Below, one piece after another: positions 16,759 through 24,708 of a stretch of DNA of 35,163 nucleotides; the first letter of the stretch is position 1; each line of letters starts with the position of its first letter. The DNA comes from Bacillota bacterium (lineage in GTDB: Bacteria > Bacillota > Clostridia > Christensenellales > Aristaeellaceae). The notes under the pieces were generated by a model, which did no database searches, was not told where the DNA came from, and saw nothing but the letters and a program-made list of their open reading frames with translations. The stretch covers positions 1 through 35,163 of the forward strand of contig JAEZTD010000250.1 of assembly GCA_023443705.1 (NCBI GenBank), written 5' to 3'. The position numbers and the translations under genes are program-made.

Positions 16759-17871
16759 CTACTCCACGATTCCGTGCAGCGCGGAGCGCTTCATCGGCGC
16801 GCCCCGGTCGTACTTCGTCTCGAGGGTCAGCGTGCGCTCCGCCACGGAGCTCTTTTCAAAGGCGGTCATGATCTCCAGAACGTGCAGCGTCTGCTTCCAC
16901 TCGGCGCGGAAGGACCGTTCGTTCAGAAGCGCGTTCGCCATGTCCGCGAGGCCCAAGCCGCGGCTGTTCTCCTTGTAGTCATACATCAGCGGCAGCTCGC
17001 GAAGCTGCTTGTCCTCCGGGCGGTAGAGCCGGATGGGGCCGGAGAATTCGTTCGGGTCGGGCACGAACAGCGTGCCCTCGGTGCCGTAAACCTCGATGAA
17101 GCGGGACTGCTCCCTCGGGAACTGCACGTCGAAGGTGGTGAAGATCGTGCCGATGGCGCCGTTTTCAAAGCGCATGATGCCGCTGACGTAGGTGGGCACA
17201 TCCACATCCACCACGGTGCCGTAGAGGGGCTGGCTGGTGATGGTGCGGGTGGGGAAGCTGGCCTTCACCATGCCCGTCACCTTTTCGACGCCGCCCACCA
17301 GGTTCACGAGCGCCGTCAGGTAGTAGGGCCCCATGTCCAGCATCGGGCCGCCGCCGTGCTTGTAATAGAATTCGGGATCGGGATGCCAGGATTCATGCCC
17401 ACAGCCGATCATGAACGCCGAGCAGCCGACGACCTGGCCGATGTAGCCGTCGTCGATCAGCCGCCTGCAGGTCTGAATCCCCGCGCTGAGGTAGGTGTCC
17501 GGCGCGCCGCCCAGAAGAAGCCCCTTGGAGGCCGCGAGTTCGCTGAGCGCCTTGCCCTCCTCATACGTGGCCGCCAGCGGCTTTTCGGAGTAGACGTGCT
17601 TTCCGGCGAGGAGCGCCGCCTTCGTGACCGCGTAGTGCTCGTAGGGCCGCGTCAGGTTGAGCACGATCTCAATTTCCGGGTCCGCGAAGATATCTTGCAT
17701 CGTATCATAGATTTTGAGGTTCGGGTACTTCTCTTGGGCCTTTTCCGCCTTTTCCCGCTTCAGGTCGCAGATGCCGACCAGTTCGATCTCCCGGAAAGTC
17801 TCGTGAATGTTCTTAAGATAGATGCCGCTGATGTCGCCGACGCCGACGAGGCCGACCTTTACCGTCTTCAT
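16759..17871 (-). CDS. Gfo/Idh/MocA-family oxidoreductase
   Basis: The Rossmann N-terminus is MKTVKVGLVGVGDISGIYL. AAGGAGAG lies 7 nt upstream of the ATG at 17869-17871. Confidence 0.85.
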   Translation of the reverse strand: MKTVKVGLVGVGDISGIYLKNIHETFREIELVGICDLKREKAEKAQEKYPNLKIYDTMQDIFADPEIEIVLNLTRPYEHYAVTKAALLAGKHVYSEKPLAATYEEGKALSELAASKGLLLGGAPDTYLSAGIQTCRRLIDDGYIGQVVGCSAFMIGCGHESWHPDPEFYYKHGGGPMLDMGPYYLTALVNLVGGVEKVTGMVKASFPTRTITSQPLYGTVVDVDVPTYVSGIMRFENGAIGTIFTTFDVQFPREQSRFIEVYGTEGTLFVPDPNEFSGPIRLYRPEDKQLRELPLMYDYKENSRGLGLADMANALLNERSFRAEWKQTLHVLEIMTAFEKSSVAERTLTLETKYDRGAPMKRSALHGIVE

Positions 17872-17889
17872 GTCGATTCTCTCCTTCAA

Positions 17890-18708
17890 TTACAGACCCA
17901 GCGCGTCGCGCAGGTAAGCGCGCGACACCATCGCCGAGTGGTAGTTGCAGACCGGCTGCTTATCCAGTTCCACGCATAGAACCCCGTCGTAGCCGCCGTT
18001 TTTCAGTTCCTTCACGACGCCTTTGAAGTCCACGGTGCCCCAGCCCAGCGGCAGAAAGCGCGCCATCGGCCATTCGGGGGAGACGGACTCGTCCGGATCC
18101 ACGTCCTTCAGGTGCATGTAGTTGATGCGGGGCGCGTACTTTTTCGCGGCCTTGACCGCGTCCATACCCGCGAGGGTGGTGTGGGCGGTGTCGAGGCATA
18201 GCCCGCAGAGGGCGGGATCGGTATTTTCGAGGAAAAGGTCGATCTGCTCCTCGCTGAAAACCGGCGTGTTGGCGTGGGGATGGAAGCAGGCCACCAGACC
18301 TTTCGACGCGCAGAGCGCGCCGATCTTATCGGAAAGCGCCGCGTAGGCGAGAACCTTCTCCCGGTCGGTGGGCCGGTCGTTGGGCGCGTCATTCCACATC
18401 ACGCCCTGCAGGTTCAGGTAGGTCGCGCCGATCTTGACCATGAAGTCGGTAAAGGCCACCGCCTTCTCATAGTCCTTCTCAGGGTCGTCCGAGTAATGCA
18501 GGTAAAGGTTCGCCATCTCAAGGCCGTACTTATCCAGAAGGCGCTTGACCTCGGCGGCGTCGCCATCAAAGTAATCGGTGATGAACGCAAAATTCTCCAC
18601 AGCCTCGTAGCCCAATTGGGCGACTTCCTTCAGAAACTGCTCAAATTCAAAGCGGTAGTTGTCCTTGTGGTTGACGAGCCACGTCCAGCCGGTGTACGCG
18701 ATCTTCAT
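17890..18708 (-). CDS. sugar phosphate isomerase/epimerase (xylose isomerase-like TIM barrel)
   Basis: MKIAYTGWTWLV...GYEAVENF...LCLDTAHTTLAG is typical of the family. AGGAGG lies 6 nt upstream of the ATG at 18706-18708. The rest of the 496-aa track ORF is a non-coding extension. Confidence 0.85.
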   Translation of the reverse strand: MKIAYTGWTWLVNHKDNYRFEFEQFLKEVAQLGYEAVENFAFITDYFDGDAAEVKRLLDKYGLEMANLYLHYSDDPEKDYEKAVAFTDFMVKIGATYLNLQGVMWNDAPNDRPTDREKVLAYAALSDKIGALCASKGLVACFHPHANTPVFSEEQIDLFLENTDPALCGLCLDTAHTTLAGMDAVKAAKKYAPRINYMHLKDVDPDESVSPEWPMARFLPLGWGTVDFKGVVKELKNGGYDGVLCVELDKQPVCNYHSAMVSRAYLRDALGL

Positions 18709-18870
18709 GCGGTGCCTCCTCGTGCGTATTGGTACTGACATCATAGCACAGAGAACGTCGGCTTTGTTGCCAAATTGGCGCGGATTTCTGCCATAAGTAG
18801 GCCTCGTAGGCTTGCGCGGCGCGGCGCGCGGTGGTATGATGCCTGATGACGGGAGAAAGGGGGAGACGCC

Positions 18871-19659
18871 GTGAGCCTGGGCTATTTTTATGAGGATATC
18901 GCCCACAGTGCCCGCGTTTTCACCGGGCACAATCTGACCTTTCCGATGCATCTGCACATGCAGGCGGAGCTGATCTACGTGCCTGCCGGGCGCACCCTTG
19001 TGACGATCGAAGGCAAAGCGCGCGGGCTGGAGGCGGGGGAGGCGGCGCTCGTCTGGCCGGGTTCGGTGCACGGCTACGATACGCAGGGGGAGAGTGCGCA
19101 CATCATCGCCATTGTGGACGCCTCGGTGCTGGGCGACTACCGGTTGCTTCTCACCGATTACGCCTGCGCCGATCCGTTTCTGGCCCGCGCGGCGGTACAT
19201 CCGGACGTGGGGCATTGCCTTGAGACGCTGGCGAAGGAGGCGGAAATCTCCGAGCCCCTGCGGCGGGCGTACCTGCGCGTCGCGCTGGGGCGGGTGGTGG
19301 ACGCGCTGACGCTCGTGCCCCGGCGTGCTGCCGGCGGGCCTGATGCGCTGCACAGCCTTCTGACCTACATCGGCGCGCATATCGCGGAGCCGATTTCGCT
19401 GGACAGTCTGTCAAAAGCACTGTTTTTGAACCGCTACACCATATCCAAGCTGTTTTCAGAGCGCGTGGGCTGCGGCCTGCACGCCTATGTCAACGCGCTG
19501 CGCGTCTCGATGGCGGAAAATCTCCTTCTGGACACCCAGATGGACCTCTCACAGATCGCGGAGCGCTGCGGCTTCGGGAGCGAGCGCACGTTTTACCGCG
19601 CCTTCTCCGAGATTCGCGGCGCCGCGCCGGGCAGTCTGCGAAAGGTGCGGGGGCGGTAG
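18871..19659 (+). CDS. AraC-family transcriptional regulator (cupin N-domain plus HTH_AraC C-domain)
   Basis: The C-terminus LNRYTISKLFSERVGCGLHAYVNALRVSMAENLL...ERCGFGSERTFYRAF is AraC-like. It is divergent from the isomerase/oxidoreductase pair. Confidence 0.85.
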   Translation: MSLGYFYEDIAHSARVFTGHNLTFPMHLHMQAELIYVPAGRTLVTIEGKARGLEAGEAALVWPGSVHGYDTQGESAHIIAIVDASVLGDYRLLLTDYACADPFLARAAVHPDVGHCLETLAKEAEISEPLRRAYLRVALGRVVDALTLVPRRAAGGPDALHSLLTYIGAHIAEPISLDSLSKALFLNRYTISKLFSERVGCGLHAYVNALRVSMAENLLLDTQMDLSQIAERCGFGSERTFYRAFSEIRGAAPGSLRKVRGR

Positions 19660-19792
19660 AAGGGAGCGTTCTGACCAAAGGATGCACACCAGGCACCTCT
19701 GGCGATCAGATGATGATATTGTTCGTGCGTCGGCAAATCGAAAGAGCGACTGAAATCGTCGGAGCGCCGGGCATCCGCCCCTGATAACTTGA

Positions 19793-20152
19793 TTATTCTG
19801 TAATCTCCCAGCCCTGTTTGAAAAGGCGATACGTCTCGAAAGCTTTACATTCCTCTTGGCCATCGATGATGAAGGAATCGTCGGGTAAACCAATGATGAG
19901 AGATAACTTTGAGGCCTCAACAACATCCGCCAGGTGTTCGTAGCTTGCGGCCTGAATATGCGGTTCGATGTTGAAATTTACCAATCCGATCCCGGCATAG
20001 ATGATTTGTGCGGTCTCGTCATCGTGCGGATCCTTTGCCAAAACGACGTGCTTAGCCATGTTGTTGGAACCGGCGCTCATTCCGATGGTGATCACATCCC
20101 TCGCTTGGAGGACGGGGATCAGGCCATAGTCTCTGATGTAGGCAATCTGCGG
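19793..20152 (-). pseudogene. 5'-truncated fragment of a peptidase S51 (dipeptidase E)-like gene
   Basis: The frame is open only from 20152 and has no credible start. It contains an S51-like nucleophile segment (VITIGMSAGSNNM) and a C-terminal half. The upstream part is replaced by unrelated AT-richer DNA. Confidence 0.5.
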
Positions 20153-20427
20153 TTAAAGCACGATTTTCAGCATGAAACAGCGCTTTGCATATCGAACGGT
20201 GCATTTAAGGGCGCAATGCAGGCGGCTGGTTTTAGTCCAAAGGACGAACGAGAAATAAACGCTGTGTATAAGATACGGCAGCCCAAGCGTCAAAAGGCGC
20301 CAAGGGGATTGCGGGCCAAAGAACATGGCTTCCATGTTGAGTATGATTCCACTGGAGGTGCAAGCGTTACAAGGAGCGAGAACGGGGCGATTCGTCCTCC
20401 CTGACAGATTCTCCGGGGGCCTGGTAT

Positions 20428-20527
20428 AAGCGGCTCGATGCGGCGTATAAACGCTCTCAAACGAAAATACAAGGGAAGCAATGAGTGGGCGTCATTTCGA
20501 TGGCATCCACTTTTATGTTAATGGGCA
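20428..20527. repeat. conserved block R1, copy a (copy b at 25030-25130)
   Basis: AAGCGGCTCGATGCGGCGTATAAACGCTCTCAAACGAAAATACAAGG...GTGGGCGTCATTTCGATGGCATCCAC aligns with 25030-25130 with few mismatches. Confidence 0.8.
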
Positions 20528-20763
20528 TTTTAGTGAGGCAAGCACAGAACGTGCGGGATAACGAAAAAGTGAAGGCGCTTATAATGGTAGGCTGCTTACT
20601 GGTGTTTACCATAGTCAAATTGCTGTTCTTGCGGAATGTTTCGTTGGGCGCCATTGCTTCGGCAGTATATTGGGGCGCAATGCTTGGGGTGGCGTCTCTG
20701 CTTAGCAAAAGATGGGACAGGCACAAGGCGAAAAAGCGTGGATCGAGTTATGTAGAGGAATAG
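20485..20763 (+). CDS. small three-TM membrane protein with a highly charged C-terminal tail (holin-like architecture, function unknown)
   Basis: The 92-aa ORF has a GTG start inside R1. It shows three hydrophobic segments and then SKRWDRHKAKKRGSSYVEE. No homology was recognised. Confidence 0.5.
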   Translation: MGVISMASTFMLMGILVRQAQNVRDNEKVKALIMVGCLLVFTIVKLLFLRNVSLGAIASAVYWGAMLGVASLLSKRWDRHKAKKRGSSYVEE

Positions 20764-20784
20764 GCGAAAAATAGAAGTGGGGGG

Positions 20785-20886
20785 GAGGGGTATTTCCTTC
20801 TTCCTTGTTCCGATCCACACCCTGAGAGAGGGTAGCATGAAGGCATATCGCTCTATATGCGAATGGTTCCTATTCATGTGCAAAAC
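20785..20886. repeat. conserved block R2, copy a (copy b at 26435-26528)
   Basis: The shared sequence is TTCCTTGTTCCG.TCC.CAC..GAGAG.GG.AGCATG...CATATCG...ATG.TTCCTATT.A..GCACAAA. Confidence 0.7.
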
Positions 20887-20974
20887 AGCTTCCCATACTG
20901 GTTCTCATATAACATGCCTAGAGGGTTTGATTTGAGAGTATAGTCGAATCAAGTGGCACAGGAGTTTAGCATAT

Positions 20975-21448
20975 ATGAGTGAAGAGTTGGAGTTTGTAGA
21001 TGTTTCCTTTTCTCGGGGATTGGAGGTCTATTCAGTAGCGCGAAAACGATATGGATACGTTGTGAGAATTATGAAAAACATTACAACTGGAGAAAAGATA
21101 ATTACTGTACGATTTTATGATAACCGAGAAGTTGTTTTATTTGTATTTACAATTTGATCGGGAAGTAACATAATTCATGCTGATCTTTATAAAAATGTAG
21201 TTTTAAAATACGTTCAAGCATTTAATGATATCGAGTCAGAATCTAAAGTATCAATGTATTGTTCACTAAATTTATGCGAGAGAGTTTCTTGCTTCAGGTT
21301 TATGTATAGAATTATAAAAGGCAAATATAGTAACGCCCATTCGCTCAGAGGGAGAGAGAATATTGTTACGAAACACACAAGTATTTACGATACTTCGGAT
21401 GGCGGATTTATAAAAAATGCAGGTTGTATAGAAATGAGCGATATATAA
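20975..21448 (+). pseudogene. 157-codon AT-rich reading frame interrupted by one in-frame TGA (21155-21157)
   Basis: Track ORFs 20975..21157 and 21254..21448 are in the same frame, with no other stop between them. AGGAG lies 10 nt before the ATG at 20975. Confidence 0.4.
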
Positions 21449-21613
21449 ATTATCTATATATTTTTCTGTTTTACGCATATGTTGCGCAATTAATTGTTGG
21501 TATTGAGATGAAAGTGTGATTTTTATTTTTACCTAACCGCCCCCTTCCTCAAACATCAACACAGGTGTGACTTGGAGATTGTAGCCATTCTCCCAAATGG
21601 GTAAAAACGGAGA

Positions 21614-21752
21614 TAAGTGGTCATTTTCAAGCTGGTTGTGGTATTTATTATGGTCAAGCGCAGTTGAGGTAAACCGGCCTGATTGCGCAATTTGTGCAAG
21701 GAGAACAAAGGAAACCCCAATATATAATGAAAACCCACCGCTGTTCGGTGGG
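21614..21752. repeat. copy of the tRNA-proximal end block of the integrative element (paralog of 28359-28497)
   Basis: AAGTGGTCATTTT.AAGCTGGTTGTGGTATTTATT.TGGTCAAGCGC...TGTGCAAGGAGAACAAAG...AAAACCCACCG..GTT..GGTGGG is shared with 28359-28497. Confidence 0.8.
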
Positions 21753-21960
21753 TCAAGGCATCGAAAAACCCTATGGTTTTTTCGATGCGAAGGAAGGAAA
21801 CCTGCGTGCGCCTGAAATCCTCACGGATTTCCGAGCGGCGCACTGACCAAAGGTATAAATAGCGCCACCAATATGCGTACTGGTGGCGCTATCCCGTTCC
21901 CGGCGTACACGCCGCCGGGAACGATTGAAACCCCTACCGAGACTTTGTTGATGGTCTGAA
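21753..21960. repeat. copy 2 of the 208-nt structured interspersed element
   Basis: It aligns with 954-1160. It is flanked by an exact 18-nt direct repeat, CCACCGCTGTTCGGTGGG, at 21735-21752 and 21961-21978. Confidence 0.85.
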
Positions 21961-21983
21961 CCACCGCTGTTCGGTGGGTTTGT

Positions 21984-22033
21984 TGGTGGAGCATAGGGGA
22001 TTTGAACCTATGACCTCTACGATGCGAAAGTGT
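21984..22033 (-). other. displaced 3' fragment of tRNA-Ala (att repeat at the distal end of the integrated element)
   Basis: It matches 28503-28552 (acceptor 3' strand through the anticodon loop), with exact blocks of 19 and 18 nt. Three mismatches break the T-stem. Similarity ends at about 22033. Confidence 0.8.
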
Positions 22034-22125
22034 ACTCATAGTGTTTTGGTGTGTTTCGCCGTCCCGAAATACCCCTGAAATACAAGGGTTTGCCGATTGC
22101 CAAGTATGCCTAGTGTTGCTTCGTG

Positions 22126-22155
22126 TTGTGGTAATTGTGGTCAGAATTGTGGTCA
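22126..22155 (+). promoter_or_regulatory. three direct TTGTGGT(C)A repeats, candidate integrase arm-type binding sites
   Basis: TTGTGGTA is at 22126-22133, and TTGTGGTCA is at 22135-22143 and 22147-22155. The same motif pair recurs at 28381-28401 and 21636-21656, each about 100 nt from a tRNA-derived core. Confidence 0.5.
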
Positions 22156-22569
22156 AAATCCCGGGCTGATCGGGGTGTGTTTAGCCCTCCATGTCAAGCT
22201 GCCAATCATCAAAGAACATCTGTTTTCATTGAAAAAAATCGCATCAGCAGTAAACACCGGCATTAGTCGGAAACGTTTCCGTAAGCTATATTTGATCGAT
22301 CAACGATTGTCAGCGCATGTAAGGGGGGCTGCCTATAAACGGGCCGCTCTGATACATGCTATCTTCCTGCTTGCATCCCATCGAGCCGCACCACGCACAG
22401 ACCCTGAGGGGAGGGGACAATTACCACCCTATGCGCGCGGCTTGCGTCCGTCCCCAGAAGGTGAGATGCATGCAGAGACATGAGAAAGCCCCCCCTGGGG
22501 GAGGGCGAAGTGGGTCCTACTTTCCGCAAATGCAAGAGGCTGTCGCGATTTTTTTTGGCACCCCACCGG

Positions 22570-23715
22570 TCAAAAATGCTGTAGGGCTTCAAGGGCTTTC
22601 TTCTTGGTTTCCATGCTGCTATGAACGTAGGTCTGAAGCGTGAAGGCGACTTTGCTATGACCGATCAATTCACCAACCGTGCGAACGTCAACCCCGGCGC
22701 GGATCAGGTTTGTAGCGAATGAATGCCGGAGCGCATGGAGGCCCCGATGCTTCAATCCTGCCCGTTTCAAAGCCGCTGTGAGCGTCCTTCTGAGGTTGGC
22801 CGGGTCTTTGATCGCCCCGGATTCGGCAGAGAACACATACCCGTTATCCTGCCATAGTTCACCGGCTGCAAGCTTCCGCTCTGCATATAGCTTGCGTTGC
22901 GTCTGGAGAATTGCGGAGGTTGCCGGAACAATCGGGATTTCGCGCTTCCCTGCTTTCGACTTGGGCGCAGCGATGGACAGGGCGGTTTTGCGCTCGTCTT
23001 CCTTGGCATCGAAAGCCTTGACACGAACCGCTCCCTGCCGTACTGTGAAATGGTCTGCGTCTACATCTGCCCAGCGCAGCGCACAGAGTTCCGAAACGCG
23101 GAGGCCGGTATTGAGGATGAACCGCAGACAACGCCCATTGTCCGTATCGGGCAGCGATTCCATGAGCTTCTTTTGCTCGTCAGGCTCAAAGAAATCAACT
23201 TCGCGCTGTTCCATCTTGGGTTGCATCACGCCATCAGCCGGGTTCTTTGCAATGAGGCCGTTAATGACCGCCTGCTTGAGCGCGGCTTTGAGGACTTCAA
23301 TCATCTTCCGAACCGTTGCGGGCTGCTTGTCCTTGGACTGCTCATTGATAAAGCGCTGGATCTGCTCCACCCGCAGCTTTTGAAGCTGAACCTTTCCCAT
23401 GGAAGGGATGAGGTAGGTCTTGATATTTGAATCGTACACCGTTGCGGTCGATTCCCTGTGCGAGGGCCTGAAATACACTTCAAACCACGAATTCAGCCAG
23501 CCCGAAACCGTCATCTTGTCCGGCGCAATATACAGCCCTTCGTCGAGCTTCTTTAAAACGTCGCGCAGCTTTATCCGCACTTCGTCCTGGGTGGCAGCAT
23601 ATACGCTCCGCCTTATCAGGGTTCCGTTCGGCTTCCGTCCGCAGCTGTAAATGCCTTCCCAGCGCCCATCGGGCCGCTGACGAATGCAACCCTCACTGTT
23701 CGCTCTCTTGGACAT
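22570..23715 (-). CDS. int: tyrosine-type site-specific integrase
   Basis: The catalytic region reads HALRHSFATNLIRAGVDVRTVGELIGHSKVAFTLQTYVH, and the N-terminus is SAM-like. ATG at 23713-23715 lies 6 nt after AAAGGAGG. Confidence 0.9.
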   Translation of the reverse strand: MSKRANSEGCIRQRPDGRWEGIYSCGRKPNGTLIRRSVYAATQDEVRIKLRDVLKKLDEGLYIAPDKMTVSGWLNSWFEVYFRPSHRESTATVYDSNIKTYLIPSMGKVQLQKLRVEQIQRFINEQSKDKQPATVRKMIEVLKAALKQAVINGLIAKNPADGVMQPKMEQREVDFFEPDEQKKLMESLPDTDNGRCLRFILNTGLRVSELCALRWADVDADHFTVRQGAVRVKAFDAKEDERKTALSIAAPKSKAGKREIPIVPATSAILQTQRKLYAERKLAAGELWQDNGYVFSAESGAIKDPANLRRTLTAALKRAGLKHRGLHALRHSFATNLIRAGVDVRTVGELIGHSKVAFTLQTYVHSSMETKKKALEALQHF

Positions 23716-23884
23716 TGTGGGCCTCCTTTTCAACGCTGTTCGATAATGCTGCCTTTCGCATCGAAATAATCTCATCTCGTACCAACTTCAAACCAGCAGG
23801 AACATGAAGAAGCAACGCCTGTGCTACGCTGTCGCCATCTAGGACTGAGTTCTTAGTGCTATAGCCCTCTGTAACCCCTCCCAT
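23693..23884 (-). CDS. possible small HTH/excisionase-like protein overlapping the int start (weak)
   Basis: The 63-aa ORF overlaps the int start by 23 nt. The segment SVAQALLLHVPAGLKLVRDEI is loosely HTH-like. No convincing RBS is present. Confidence 0.25.
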   Translation of the reverse strand: MGGVTEGYSTKNSVLDGDSVAQALLLHVPAGLKLVRDEIISMRKAALSNSVEKEAHNVQESEQ

Positions 23885-23919
23885 TCGAGATCGAGATTCG
23901 GGATCGGCTGCAATACGGC

Positions 23920-24108
23920 TTGCCAGTTGAGAAGTGGGAATGGTACAAGACCTCCGATCTTAAGCCATACATCCCGGGCTATGCGACCGGGGAGCAGATA
24001 GGTCGCGTGCTTCGAAAGCTGGCGAAAGAGGACTCGCGTATTGTAATCAAGACACCGGGAAACATTCGTCACTACCTGCTTCCGTTGGTGCGGTCTTCCT
24101 TCATGTAG
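23920..24108 (+). CDS. possible small winged-helix-like protein, or the C-terminal remnant of a larger (primase-like) gene
   Basis: It has a TTG start and no RBS, and the frame is open only from 23875. The pattern ..GEQIGRVLRKLAKEDSRIVIKTPGNIRHYLLP resembles C-terminal tails of P4-type primases. The ORF ends exactly at the iteron cluster. Confidence 0.3.
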   Translation: MPVEKWEWYKTSDLKPYIPGYATGEQIGRVLRKLAKEDSRIVIKTPGNIRHYLLPLVRSSFM

Positions 24109-24115
24109 GGGGGGA

Positions 24116-24359
24116 GTTAATGGGGTTAAGGCGGAGTTAATGCGGAAATCGCGGGTGCCTTAACCCCGAAAACCCTTGTATTCATTGGGTTTCCAGACCG
24201 TAGTTAAGGTTGTTAATGCACATTCTAATGAGCTGTAAGAAGTTGGTGTATAAAAAATAAACATAGGGAAATGTGCCTTAACTGCATTAACAAGACCAAT
24301 AAAAAGCCTTGATTTATAAGGGTTTGTGGCGTGATTCGGGGTTAATGCGGTGCCTTAAC
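24116..24359. repeat. cluster of ten GTTAAKGC motifs in both orientations around an AT-rich core (iteron/operator array)
   Basis: Forward sites start at 24116, 24125, 24136, 24203, 24212 and 24341. Reverse sites (GCMTTAAC) start at 24157, 24275, 24284 and 24352. An AT-rich stretch (GTATAAAAAATAAACATAG) lies at 24248-24266. Confidence 0.8.
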
Positions 24360-24429
24360 ATCCTTCACTTCCATGTCGCCCGCGCCCGTGCGACCGACAC
24401 GACCAAATCAAAAGTGAACAAGGAGCAAC

Positions 24430-24708
24430 ATGCGACGGAAAATATCAGTAGGCGTCCGGGATCTCGCTGCCGTTCAGCGCATCTTGGAGGGTGCGGAGAT
24501 CGAGCAGTTCCTTACTGGCCCGGCAGTTGACTTTGGTTGGGTGTGTGGCCGGACGCGGATAGGGCTAATTCTTCGACGGCCTAACGGTTCAAGACTGCTA
24601 TTGAGCTTGTTTGCTGGGGGAGTGATCGAAAGCCCTTTGCTCGGAAACATCCACAGGATTCCACCCATAGGCAAAATACAGGAGGACAAACCCAATGAGG
24701 CAGATTGA
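24430..24708 (+). CDS. hypothetical protein (92 aa)
   Basis: AAGGAG lies just upstream of the ATG at 24430. The ORF overlaps the next ORF by 14 nt. No family was recognised. Confidence 0.55.
   Translation: MRRKISVGVRDLAAVQRILEGAEIEQFLTGPAVDFGWVCGRTRIGLILRRPNGSRLLLSLFAGGVIESPLLGNIHRIPPIGKIQEDKPNEAD

Larger units (their letters stand above)
20153..21983. mobile_element. decayed remnant of a second tRNA-Ala integrative element (E2), collinear with the 22034-28502 element
   Basis: It shares blocks R1, R2, the arm-repeat/terminator block and a tRNA 3' fragment, in the same order as the intact element. No integrase is present and its genes are interrupted. Confidence 0.5.
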
